Below, piece after piece: positions 54,401-62,243 of a DNA stretch of 62,243 nt. Source of the DNA: a virus (lineage: Duplodnaviria; Caudoviricetes); IMG/VR virus record IMGVR_UViG_3300043408_000040, positions 1-62,243 of that record; one strand, written 5' to 3'. A program made the translations under genes and the position numbers. The notes beneath the pieces were generated by a model, which was not told where the DNA came from, did not search any database, and saw nothing but the letters and a program-made list of their open reading frames with translations. The first letter of the stretch is position 1, and every line of letters starts with the position of its first letter.

Positions 54401-57400
54401 GACCTGATGGAGCTTAACAACAAGGTTATAGCGGCCTTCAACAAGCAGGCAAAAGAAGGCGCACTTCCACCGGTAATGATGGATTACTACCGCCGAGAAA
54501 ACAACGTTCTCGCCACGCCAGATGAGCTTATTTCCTGGGGCATGACCGACAAGGGTGTTCAGAATTGGCTGGACACAATTAAGGTCGGAGAGAAGAGCGT
54601 TCTCACAAAGCTGGTTGAATTGATGCGCAAAGTGCTTGGCCTTGGAAAGCCGTACGAATCCGCTTTTGAGAAACTGGTGCGCACAACAGACTCGCTGCTT
54701 GATGTTGATGTTGGCTCGATCGAAGGCAACATGATGGATGCTGGGTTTGGCATGGGCGTCGCAAAGAAGGCAACATCCACATCGAAGCCTGTGCAGCAGA
54801 CGCTATTCAGGGAGGTTACATCAAAGAAGACGGAAGCCCGCACGCCGAACGAGATCGGACAGAAATCGCTTGACATCATGAGCTCCACCGGCATGCAGCT
54901 GCCACCAGTTGCGCCAGGGCAGATCGAGCGCCTGAAGGCTGCCGCCAAGTCCGCAGTCGAAGACCCTGCATTGACGTCTGCATCCGCAAAGAAGGCGATC
55001 GTCAAGTTCTTGGACAAGATGGAAGTTGCCGCCTTCTCTGGTGATGCCGCTTTCAACAACGACATTCGTCGCAACCTGATCGCCGATTTGAACGAGCACC
55101 CAGAAGTCATGGGCATGCTGCTGGAAGCCAGCCAATCCCAGGCCGTCCACTCGGATGCACTGGCCAGCCAGTTCATCATCGACGGTGGCATTGCCTATGA
55201 TCCTGAAGCCAAGAAATGGGTGTCGGTCAAAAAGGAAGACAACTTCATCGTACTGGCCAAGAAAATCGATAAGGTCGCAAACAAGTACGGCCTGACCAAA
55301 GAGCAGGCTGAGCGCGTTGCTCACACCTACTTCGTGGCCAAGCGGTTCAAGTCACTGCTGGCCAAGCAGCGCGGCCGTGAGTCTGAGATCGCACGACTGG
55401 AAGATGAGCTGGCTTCTGAGAATGCGAACATCAAGAGATACATCGAGGAAAACGATTACGAAAAGGCGAACACTTCGGAGCGCGCCAAGAACGACATTAA
55501 GAGCGAGATCAAAAAGCTGAAAGAGGCTGAGGTCAAGATTGATGCAAGTCAGATTGCAATGATCGAGCCTGGCATGAGCCTGGCTGAAAACATGCCAGAG
55601 CTGAAGGACATCAGCGACACATGGCAGGCCATCCGATCCAGCGCAGCAAGAGCCATGGTTGATGGTGGATTGTGGAGCATGAAGCAATCAGAAGAAATGC
55701 TGGACAACATCGACTACGTGCCCTTCTATCGTGAAGAGCAGCTTGAAGAGGGTGGTGGCCCGCAAGAGTTTGTCAAAGGTCTTGAAGTAAAGGCGCAGGA
55801 ATACCGCCTGAAGGGCTCCGGCTCGCCAGTGAACGACGTGTTCGACAACATGGTGCGCTGGACCCAGTACGCCATCAACCGATCTGTGCGCAACCACAAA
55901 GCGTTGCAGATGGTTGACATCGGAACAAAGCTGCAAGTCGGTGATGGAAAGATGGCTGAGAAGGTCGGAAAGATGGATTCCAAGCAGAACACTATTCGCG
56001 TGTTCAGAAATGGAAAGCAAGAAATTTACAAAATGGCCGACCCGTTGTACGTCGATGCGTTCTCGTCCATCAGCAACGTGACAATTCCAAGCCTGAAGTT
56101 CTTCACTTGGTTCTCCAACCTGCTGCGTGAATCTGTGGTTCTTTATCCGCTGTTCTCGGTGGCCCAGGTTCCGCAGGATGCGATCTCCGCCATGTTCAGC
56201 TCTGGCTTGAAGCCGCAGTACGCATTGCGCATTCCAGTCATGGCCGTCAAGGAATTCATCAAGACCTTGAACAAGAGCAGCGCGACGCACAACCTGCTGA
56301 AGTCCTATGGCGCAACCGGCGTGCGAGATTTCTCTGCTGCTGTGGCTCGCAAGGACATCGAGATTGCCGCCGGCCTGAAAGCTGAAAAAGGCCTGGGTGG
56401 AAGGATCAAGGAGGGCTTGAGCCACATCGCCATGGCTGCTGACAACTCTGTCCGTCAGGCCGTGTACGACGCATCCGTTGCGCAGGGTTTGTCGAAAGCT
56501 GAAGCGCTTGAGAAGTCGTTCGACATCATCAACTTCCGTCGCCGTGGCACCAGCAAGATGATCAACCTCATGGGTCAGGTTGTGCCGTTCTTCTACGCCT
56601 ACATGTCCGTGCAGCGCACAGCGTACAAGACCATCACTGGCGTTGGCATCTCTCCGCAAAAGCGCTCGGAGGCCATGAAGACTCTGGCTGCTACGTCTGG
56701 TGCGGTTATGGCCTTGGCGCTGTTCTACACGATGATGAACGCTGGCGATGACGAGTACGAGAAGACTCCGACAGCAGTGCGCGATCGCACCCTGAACATC
56801 CCCGGCACAGGCGGCATGCGTATTCCTTTGCGACCAGACTTGTTCTTGTTCCCAAAGGTGATCACAGAGCACCTGTACCACATGATCACGGATGACGGCC
56901 TGTCTGACGGCGCCAAGTTCCGCAAGTCGGTTGCCGACGGCATGGCCAATGCTGTGCTGAGCCCTCAGCCGATTCCGCAAGCGATCAAGCCTGCGTTTGA
57001 GGTGGCCATCAACTACGACTTCTTCCAGGGTCGTCCGCTGATTGGCCAGTTCGAGAAGCAGAAAGAAGCCGAGCGCCAGTTCAACGACAACACCTCCGAG
57101 TTCTCGAAGATGCTTGGCCAGTTCGGTGTTTCGCCAATCGCTGCAGACCATGTGATCCGAGGCATGTTTGGCTCGGCTGGCGGCCTGTTCCTGTACGGCA
57201 CAAACTTCATGCTGAACAGTGATCCTGACGTACCACGCCCAGAGCTGTCTTTGCGTGACGCCATGGCTGCGCTGCCGGGCACAAGCGGCTTCGTCACTAA
57301 GGCAAGCGAGAACGCACTGAAGAATGACTTCTTCGCTTTGCGCGACGAGGTCGAGAAGACCAAGAACACTTACAACGACATCAAGATGCGCAGCCCGCAA

Positions 57401-57643
57401 GAGCTGGAGCAATTCCTGTCGGATGAAAAGAACATCGCTCGACTCGGCTTGGCCAAGGGCACGGAGAAAATTGGCATGCAACTGTCGAAGATTCGCCGCG
57501 CAATTACCCAGATCACCAACGCACCAAGCGACCTGTACTCGGCAAGCGAAAAGACTTCCGCGATCAAGGAGCTGCGTCAGGTTGAGAAGGATATGCTGAA
57601 GTCGATCGACCTCGGTGAAATGCGAAAGCAGGCTCAACTCTGA
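51422..57643 (+). CDS. Large polyvalent ejection protein with HExxH metallopeptidase-like and LPD38-like domains
   Basis: 2073 aa; ILHELLHAAL..ELISWG; INFRRRG...VPFFYA...NYDFFQGRPL. Confidence 0.75.
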   Translation: MAKEFSLEEALGTKKQTANEFSLEEALGKKPERTYGEAATDIGAKFVSGLGSLIQQPGQLYGLATGAIKEKDFGTTGAQGIGQEMQEWAKEHTSKALLAKEAETARKAQEAEKTGGQWAAFKAQAGAMLSDPAQLTAFLAEQTPQAIPSIIAALIPGAGPGVAAELRAAQVAAKSATTVAAKEAAEAAVASAVQKATASQVARGAAAAKGVGAVQQGADIGAGAYEDIYKKLIEGGASEPEAADKAINLARAAGVGGGALSLLAAKLPGAQAFERALAGEKIGAKGILGKAAAIGAGALKEIPGEQFEEVGGKALQNLAMRQVNPEQSLTEGLGITAAQAAIGAAGMGGVGGALSGRQPEAAARTTTTTAERSQPEIAPTPEMMQAQLAEQKAVELEMQQNKQRAAMDRSAENMMGGAGQANQELLTQARIRKEQQERAAAAEEKAAEAERKKALRAERVRIAGTQYSSDPALNEVLRTKAIAEFDAANAPKVEAPKIPEFQPTKTIEQTTPIAQPEGINILRGMESRNADLMSAIGERRAAEQATAEAKARTAEVKKAEETKKAEVSRADVDQRVAQVENFLMSPAKKTQQETADYMAGVVPEMQKDFLALLDEDMSQPLTPEQTKALKDQIRQRLQPEVAAEEDVQRTPFKRFLASKGMNTKDVQDIFGENAYRANQQLPGSVRATGPRLDMLAEAAVQEGFLKEEDVDQLVQMIKDEFGGEQQTPVGMADERAASEYEAERENEVMSRAGVIGLDTKGMTVDEVATRLDRIERQREVKRKQYSKDVDGFADLPTAEQDRIIDVMTDRFGEPQVFDVERAEQEGQIVREKGLPPEGPATETLEAKTEKGGWKIEPEEQRIERELTGKNFMQVAQWAVDSAPNAFYRTIAEKVQSRLREYQRKGVEFDFKLHTGTTRSSGMRGRAGAVEFTWERQGSTKGSKMEMHLNGAASINNQSGYAPGVQYDTILHELLHAALRTQTRFLPETDQLYKDLMELNNKVIAAFNKQAKEGALPPVMMDYYRRENNVLATPDELISWGMTDKGVQNWLDTIKVGEKSVLTKLVELMRKVLGLGKPYESAFEKLVRTTDSLLDVDVGSIEGNMMDAGFGMGVAKKATSTSKPVQQTLFREVTSKKTEARTPNEIGQKSLDIMSSTGMQLPPVAPGQIERLKAAAKSAVEDPALTSASAKKAIVKFLDKMEVAAFSGDAAFNNDIRRNLIADLNEHPEVMGMLLEASQSQAVHSDALASQFIIDGGIAYDPEAKKWVSVKKEDNFIVLAKKIDKVANKYGLTKEQAERVAHTYFVAKRFKSLLAKQRGRESEIARLEDELASENANIKRYIEENDYEKANTSERAKNDIKSEIKKLKEAEVKIDASQIAMIEPGMSLAENMPELKDISDTWQAIRSSAARAMVDGGLWSMKQSEEMLDNIDYVPFYREEQLEEGGGPQEFVKGLEVKAQEYRLKGSGSPVNDVFDNMVRWTQYAINRSVRNHKALQMVDIGTKLQVGDGKMAEKVGKMDSKQNTIRVFRNGKQEIYKMADPLYVDAFSSISNVTIPSLKFFTWFSNLLRESVVLYPLFSVAQVPQDAISAMFSSGLKPQYALRIPVMAVKEFIKTLNKSSATHNLLKSYGATGVRDFSAAVARKDIEIAAGLKAEKGLGGRIKEGLSHIAMAADNSVRQAVYDASVAQGLSKAEALEKSFDIINFRRRGTSKMINLMGQVVPFFYAYMSVQRTAYKTITGVGISPQKRSEAMKTLAATSGAVMALALFYTMMNAGDDEYEKTPTAVRDRTLNIPGTGGMRIPLRPDLFLFPKVITEHLYHMITDDGLSDGAKFRKSVADGMANAVLSPQPIPQAIKPAFEVAINYDFFQGRPLIGQFEKQKEAERQFNDNTSEFSKMLGQFGVSPIAADHVIRGMFGSAGGLFLYGTNFMLNSDPDVPRPELSLRDAMAALPGTSGFVTKASENALKNDFFALRDEVEKTKNTYNDIKMRSPQELEQFLSDEKNIARLGLAKGTEKIGMQLSKIRRAITQITNAPSDLYSASEKTSAIKELRQVEKDMLKSIDLGEMRKQAQL

Positions 57644-57649
57644 CGGAAA

Positions 57650-57672
57650 AGAACTTCCACAGTGGAAGTTCT
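57650..57672. repeat. Perfect 11-bp inverted repeat between convergent operons
   Basis: AGAACTTCCAC-A-GTGGAAGTTCT. Confidence 0.85.
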
Positions 57673-57688
57673 GATCACATCATGGTAT

Positions 57689-57964
57689 TCATTTCTCGCT
57701 AAACAAGATTCCAATAGTTTTGTTTAGCGCAGAAAGCTCATCCAGCTTGTGGATGGCCCACATGCGCTTTTGTCCATGGATTCCGTTGAGGCTTCCACGA
57801 TGGCAATCGGCGCAAAGTGGCATGGATGTGAACCACTGACCTTGGTCGATCTCGTGGCATTCGCTTGGGCCTGATCCACCGCACACCACGCAGTCCATCT
57901 CCTTGATCCGCGTGATGTGCTCCCGCTCTAATGCGGTGGGTGCCTTCTTATTTTTTGACTGCAT
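57689..57964 (-). CDS. Ref/DUF968-like Zn-binding HNH nuclease
   Basis: CVVCG..SECHEI...MPLCADCHRG..GIHG. Confidence 0.7.
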   Translation of the reverse strand: MQSKNKKAPTALEREHITRIKEMDCVVCGGSGPSECHEIDQGQWFTSMPLCADCHRGSLNGIHGQKRMWAIHKLDELSALNKTIGILFSEK

Positions 57965-58295
57965 CTGACTTGCCGATGTCAAATCCGGACTTCAGCCAAA
58001 ACTGTCGCTCCGACCGAAGCCTTTCGATCTCGGTCTTTGCGGCCAACAAGATTGGATGGAATTTGCTGTGTATTCCGTTGCTCATGACGAAATCAAGAAC
58101 CTCCAGAATGTCCACGGCGCCATCTGAACCTCGCAGGGCAACCCAAGACATTGCTCTGTCCACATTTTCGTGCACAGCTTGAGCATGGACTGAGATGCCT
58201 TGATAGTCCTTATGCAAGAGCTTGTGCTCCATGGCCTTGAGTTGAATCTCGGCCTGCATCAAATGCGTGCTCCAGTCATTGAAGGCCAAGCTCAT
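57948..58295 (-). CDS. Hypothetical protein
   Basis: GGAGG RBS, coupled. Confidence 0.65.
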   Translation of the reverse strand: MSLAFNDWSTHLMQAEIQLKAMEHKLLHKDYQGISVHAQAVHENVDRAMSWVALRGSDGAVDILEVLDFVMSNGIHSKFHPILLAAKTEIERLRSERQFWLKSGFDIGKSDAVKK

Positions 58296-58519
58296 ACCAT
58301 CCTCCGCTGAAGCATTTCATCCGCATGATCAAAAGCCGCGGCGTGCACGCTGGTGATTCCATCGTCACTTTCAATGACCCCTCTGTCGCCGTAGTAGGCC
58401 AGCAGGCCCTGTAGCGCGAACGCCGCAAAGAAGTCCTGCATGGTCAGATCCTGAATGGATACAGGATCTTGCTTGGCCACAATTGCAGCCAGGCCCTCAG
58501 CCTTTTTTCGTGCGGCCAT
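58292..58519 (-). CDS. Conserved phage protein (DFFAAFALQGLL...ADEML family)
   Basis: Characteristic motif. Confidence 0.75.
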   Translation of the reverse strand: MAARKKAEGLAAIVAKQDPVSIQDLTMQDFFAAFALQGLLAYYGDRGVIESDDGITSVHAAAFDHADEMLQRRMV

Positions 58520-58814
58520 TGCTCTTCCCCTTTGGTTGAATGATCAAGCCATCAAGTTCCGATGCCAAATAGTCTGCGATCGTGACGTTTTGGATGCTGA
58601 TTGAAGAGCACCATTGGTTGTCGTTGATCAGGGCTGTGGCATCGCGGATGGCCTTGTTGTAGCCACCAGTGAATTCATCTGTGCCCTCGACGATGATGGT
58701 GATGGCATCACGCACTAAGGCTGATGCTTTGCGCTCGCCTGCCGCTGCCTTGAGCTTCTTGTAGATGTCTTCCGGCAGGTGCACGGAATAGGGAATCAAG
58801 CGCTTGGGTTCCAT
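58497..58814 (-). CDS. Ribbon-helix-helix DNA-binding protein
   Basis: PYSVHLPEDIYKKLK...ASALVRDAI. Confidence 0.65.
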   Translation of the reverse strand: MEPKRLIPYSVHLPEDIYKKLKAAAGERKASALVRDAITIIVEGTDEFTGGYNKAIRDATALINDNQWCSSISIQNVTIADYLASELDGLIIQPKGKSNGRTKKG

Positions 58815-59227
58815 TGCTGGTACTCCTCGTATACGGCCCAGAATTTCTTGGCCTTTTGTTGATCTTCTTTCAGCTCTGTACGCGACTCAATGTCGAGTTC
58901 ACCCTTGAGCCATTCGATTACGTCGGCCTCTTTCTTTTCAAAGATTTCTTCTTTGTCAAAGAGGTACTGCGCAAATTGTTTATCGCGGCACAGCATGCCT
59001 GCGGTACGAACAGGATCGCGGCTGTATTCCGCATCCCTGCTCATTGGTCTGTTTTCGTCGTTCAATCTCACCATGACTACCTGATACCTGGCGCCCACAT
59101 AATCCCTCATGAGGTCAACGGGCAGTTCATCTGGATGGATATTCAGGGTCAAAATATGACCCGTCTTATCCTGCTTCATGGCGATCTTGACCGCTTCAAA
59201 TTGAAGTGTCTTGATGCTCATGATCAA
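58796..59227 (-). CDS. Conserved hypothetical protein
   Basis: Coupled; AGMLCRD..F...IESRTEL motif. Confidence 0.7.
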   Translation of the reverse strand: MIMSIKTLQFEAVKIAMKQDKTGHILTLNIHPDELPVDLMRDYVGARYQVVMVRLNDENRPMSRDAEYSRDPVRTAGMLCRDKQFAQYLFDKEEIFEKKEADVIEWLKGELDIESRTELKEDQQKAKKFWAVYEEYQQWNPSA

Positions 59228-59601
59228 AATGGCAAATCTGAGTCATCCATTTCAACTGGATCTGGCTTTGGTGCCTGACGTTGCTGTGGCTCTGCATCCT
59301 TGCGTCCGCCTTGCAGCGCGATGTCGTTCACGCGCACATCCATGGACTTGCGCTTGTCCCCGTCCTTTGAGGTCCATTCGCGTTCTGTGACGGTACCGAT
59401 GACGGTGACTGCTTGGCCCTTCGTGAGGTACTGAGATAGGCTCTCGGCACGCTTGCCAAACAGAGTGCAGTTCCACCAAATCGTACCCTTGTCGCGACCC
59501 ATAGAGTCTGCAATGGAGAAGTTGCAGATGTAGTCTCCGCTGGTCATTTGTTTGAGTTCTGAGTCTTTTCCTAGAGAACCCGAGATGCTGATGCTGTTCA
59601 T
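59224..59601 (-). CDS. ssb: Single-stranded DNA-binding protein
   Basis: OB-fold motifs; C-terminal DDSDLPF. Confidence 0.92.
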   Translation of the reverse strand: MNSISISGSLGKDSELKQMTSGDYICNFSIADSMGRDKGTIWWNCTLFGKRAESLSQYLTKGQAVTVIGTVTEREWTSKDGDKRKSMDVRVNDIALQGGRKDAEPQQRQAPKPDPVEMDDSDLPF

Positions 59602-60299
59602 GCTGCTTCCTTATGTTTGGCTCGTGCCTGTTTAAATTCATCCATCAGGACGTCGTATGCGGCGGGAGAGCCGCTTTTCACTTCGTCATAGATGTTGCGG
59701 TTGGTCTTAAAGACGGACATCACCTCAGCCTCGGTCTTGACCTGCTCAAGCTGAAGCATCGTTGCGTCGATGACCAGTTGTGACCACTCTCCGTGATCGC
59801 CGTCTGGCTTTGCCACAACCTTGAGCTGCCACTCGGTGTCTTTGCCTTCAACCTTGGTTGGGGCTGCTGCGGGCTTTGCTGCTGGTGCAGAAGTAGGCTT
59901 TGGTGCCGCTTGCTTTTGCTGTACAGCATTGGTTGCGCTATTGCCATCGTCATCCTCTGGCGCAATGCCGCAAGCCGCTTGCAAAGCGTACCGCCTGGCG
60001 TAAGTCAGTGCGCTGCCGTAGCCCTGCGGATCGTGCTTGGCTGCTGGTACATGCAGCTTTCCGCCGCTCATTGTTTCTCCGGACTCATGGATGAACAGCG
60101 TCTCAACAATCACGCCGTCTTCGCAGAGGTGTGTTGGCTGCATGAGCATGATGCCGTTGTCGTTCAGTGCATCAATGACGGCATCAATGCAATTCTCCAG
60201 CTTTGCATATTTCGAGCGAAAGGCTGGGTTGGTGCTGGTCTTCAAAGCCGGGCCAAAAGCCTTCTGAGCTTTGACGAGTGCTGCTGAGATTTCTTTCAT
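59598..60299 (-). CDS. erf: ERF family ssDNA annealing recombinase
   Basis: NPAFRSKYA...HESGE...QGYGSALTYARRYAL...EDDDGN. Confidence 0.92.
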   Translation of the reverse strand: MKEISAALVKAQKAFGPALKTSTNPAFRSKYAKLENCIDAVIDALNDNGIMLMQPTHLCEDGVIVETLFIHESGETMSGGKLHVPAAKHDPQGYGSALTYARRYALQAACGIAPEDDDGNSATNAVQQKQAAPKPTSAPAAKPAAAPTKVEGKDTEWQLKVVAKPDGDHGEWSQLVIDATMLQLEQVKTEAEVMSVFKTNRNIYDEVKSGSPAAYDVLMDEFKQARAKHKEAA

Positions 60300-60493
60300 G
60301 GCGCTTCCTTGCGTTGTGCTTTGTTATCGGGATGTAAGAGCCACTTGTCTCCAAGAAACTCAATGGATGCGAGGCGCTTTTCTTCGTTGCGCTCTCGAAT
60401 GAATTCGATCAGCTCTGGTGTGATCGGCCCATGCAGCGGGTTGGCGCTGATTGGGTTGATGTCGAACTCGTTAAAAAACTCTTTTACTTTCAT
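60296..60493 (-). CDS. Hypothetical protein
   Basis: AAGGAG RBS; LGDKWLLHP motif. Confidence 0.7.
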   Translation of the reverse strand: MKVKEFFNEFDINPISANPLHGPITPELIEFIRERNEEKRLASIEFLGDKWLLHPDNKAQRKEAP

Positions 60494-60494
60494 G

Positions 60495-60722
60495 TCATTC
60501 TCCTTTTGCTTTCCTGTCTGCCCAGTATTTTTTCATGCGCTCAGATGCTGCCAATTTGCTTTCTTCGTTCCACACCCGGTTCTTGCTCTTTTTTTCTTTT
60601 GGTGGTGTGCAGGCCAGTTGCGCAACAACATACGAAAGAGAGTTTTCAAGTGTGCGAATTTTTGTTTTCAGTCCAATGATTTCAAGTTGAATCTGATATT
60701 TTTCCGCTTTTGAAATGAACAT
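60495..60722 (-). CDS. Hypothetical protein
   Basis: GAGG RBS; SERMKKYWA motif. Confidence 0.65.
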   Translation of the reverse strand: MFISKAEKYQIQLEIIGLKTKIRTLENSLSYVVAQLACTPPKEKKSKNRVWNEESKLAASERMKKYWADRKAKGE

Positions 60723-60731
60723 TTTTATTCC

Positions 60732-60881
60732 TCAATGAAACCACAACCACATGCCGTGAATGATCCCGATCGGGAACATTACTGCGCCGGCCAACAGGAA
60801 GCCCCACAGGCCCTCACTGAAGCAAGTAAAGATGTGATTGAACCATGCGGCGATGCAGGTTAAGCCAATGATCCAGCCCAT
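60732..60881 (-). CDS. Small two-TM membrane protein
   Basis: AAGGAG RBS; AWFNHI..C...GAVMFPIGIIHG. Confidence 0.7.
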   Translation of the reverse strand: MGWIIGLTCIAAWFNHIFTCFSEGLWGFLLAGAVMFPIGIIHGMWLWFH

Positions 60882-60891
60882 GGGGTACTCC

Positions 60892-61695
60892 TTATTTGAT
60901 GTGGACGAACGGGGTGACTTGGCCTGGCATGGTGCTTGGAAGTTTTCCATCCCACTTCTCGATGGCTTTTAGCTCAACGTACTCGCGTCCACCTTGAGAA
61001 GTGATCGCTGCAGCACGCAGACGGATGGCGTCGGCATCGCCCTGAGCCTCAACACGCTTGCGGTCAGCTTCGGCCTTGGCAAATTCGACTTCCTTTTGCT
61101 TGGCGGCGATCTGGAAGTTACGGTTTGCAGCCTCCTTGATAGATGCTTCCAGCGCAGGGTCTGTCACCAAGTTGCGCACGTTGGCCGAGCGTACAAAGAA
61201 CCACCCTTTGCCAGCGGACTCATCAAGGTCGGACTGCAGGTTTTTCACCACCTCAGCGGCGATCGACACACGCTCAGTGTGGACGGTGTCGCTGCCGTAC
61301 TTGGCGATGGCGTTGTAGATGGCCTCACGGGCTTGGCGGGTCACGTAGTTGTTGCCAACGCGCACACCGTCTTCACCCTTCATCTCGGCCATGTCGCCGG
61401 GCCAGCGGGTCATGATGTCCGAGGCTTTGGCCGGGTCGATTTGGTAGTAGATGTCCACGTCCAAGTCGGCCAGCGTGATCTTGTCCTTGGTCTGAGGCTT
61501 CATGTCGTCCATCTTCAGCAGCAGTTCCTTGGCCGTGACCTCAGTGACTCGCTTGAACACAGTCATGTACACGCCGGGCGGCATGGTCTCTTTTTTGACC
61601 TGTCCCATGGTGGACTCAACGCCGATGTTTCCGGTGTCGATTTGCGTGCAGGCCGACAGAGCGGCAACTGCGATGATTGTCATAATTTTTTTCAT
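60892..61695 (-). CDS. SPFH / Band-7 lipoprotein
   Basis: Lipobox ALSAC; IDTGNIGV; AEA..EAQGDADA...IEKWDGKLP. Confidence 0.88.
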   Translation of the reverse strand: MKKIMTIIAVAALSACTQIDTGNIGVESTMGQVKKETMPPGVYMTVFKRVTEVTAKELLLKMDDMKPQTKDKITLADLDVDIYYQIDPAKASDIMTRWPGDMAEMKGEDGVRVGNNYVTRQAREAIYNAIAKYGSDTVHTERVSIAAEVVKNLQSDLDESAGKGWFFVRSANVRNLVTDPALEASIKEAANRNFQIAAKQKEVEFAKAEADRKRVEAQGDADAIRLRAAAITSQGGREYVELKAIEKWDGKLPSTMPGQVTPFVHIK

Positions 61696-61702
61696 GTGTA
61701 TC

Positions 61703-61894
61703 TCAGAGAATGTTGATTGAACCATTGTGAACTGCGAAGAAGAGACCCGCCCAAAGGCCGACCCAGATCGCAATGACCTTGAGTGCATGACGAACCAGGA
61801 AATCCTTGATGAAGAATTTCGTGCGGTTCGGCGTGTACTGCCAGCCAAAATAGGCCAGCAGTGCAAGCACAATCAGCAAGATAAAGTGCTTCAC
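61703..61894 (-). CDS. Small membrane protein
   Basis: Two hydrophobic segments; AAGGA RBS. Confidence 0.65.
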   Translation of the reverse strand: MKHFILLIVLALLAYFGWQYTPNRTKFFIKDFLVRHALKVIAIWVGLWAGLFFAVHNGSINIL

Positions 61895-61903
61895 TTATTT
61901 TCC

Positions 61904-62119
61904 TTACTCGACGTCCAGCTCGCCTTGAGCTGTTTCGCCGTACGTCTCGACTTTGGTGCCATTGCTCAGCGCCTCAACCAGATCATCTTGCGATGCAATG
62001 CGAGCTGAGTAGACTTGCTTGGCCACATGTGTGATGGCTTGCGATGGGACTGCTGCCTTCACCAGACGGGCTGTTCCGGCTGCGGTGGTGACGAGATAGA
62101 TACGAGTTGTTGTTGCCAT
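61904..62119 (-). CDS. Conserved small hypothetical protein (5' part duplicated at 1-116)
   Basis: AAGGAG RBS; TRIYLV...RLVKA...QAITHVA. Confidence 0.75.
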   Translation of the reverse strand: MATTTRIYLVTTAAGTARLVKAAVPSQAITHVAKQVYSARIASQDDLVEALSNGTKVETYGETAQGELDVE

Positions 62120-62243
62120 GGTGTTACTCCTTAAAATTTCCAGGTGATTGCTTTGACAGCCCACATCTGTGCGGTCTGTGTGTCGGTGATAGCGAGGGAC
62201 AGCATTCGCTTCACCTCGTTGTCGGTTGCCTCTGCTCGGCGTT
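62004..62243. repeat. Terminal direct repeat (copy 2)
   Basis: Identical to 1-240 except one SNP; cuts through two genes. Confidence 0.97.

Noticed and set aside
55688-57637. 649-aa antisense ORF (also 49343-50983, 28964-29737, 60994-61716)
   Set aside because: Shadow ORFs opposite strongly codon-biased genes; no RBS and unnatural composition.
1-62243. Prophage or lysogeny module
   Set aside because: No integrase, att-flanking host genes, full CI-type repressor with peptidase domain, or ParA detected.

Overview
This window looks like a complete, circularly permuted tailed-phage genome of about 62,003 bp: bases 1-240 repeat at 62004-62243 with one mismatch. The gene content suggests a podovirus-like virion, with terminase, portal, scaffold, major capsid, adaptor/nozzle proteins, tail fibres and large ejection proteins, but no tape measure or tail tube. 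No integrase or DNA polymerase is recognisable. A Proteobacterial, possibly Betaproteobacterial, host is my inference only. Layout: (i) a leftward early operon wrapping the contig ends (Cas4-like exonuclease, RtcB, Acb2/Tad1-like protein, SPFH, ERF, SSB); (ii) a ~1.4 kb cluster of highly structured non-coding elements around a free-standing HNH gene (3.1-4.6 kb); (iii) divergent accessory and replication operons (ParB-like, SF2 helicase, MazG-like, TOPRIM primase); (iv) a leftward cluster of small early genes; (v) the rightward late region. The best candidates for undescribed biology are the ncRNA cluster (including an sRNA complementary to translation starts of the phage's own genes), an interlocked-pseudoknot leader downstream of the capsid gene, a phi-x-x-GG motif shared by many virion proteins, an anti-defence/RNA-repair island, and a cupin trio next to the tail fibres. 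All family calls come from motif recognition by eye, not database searches.
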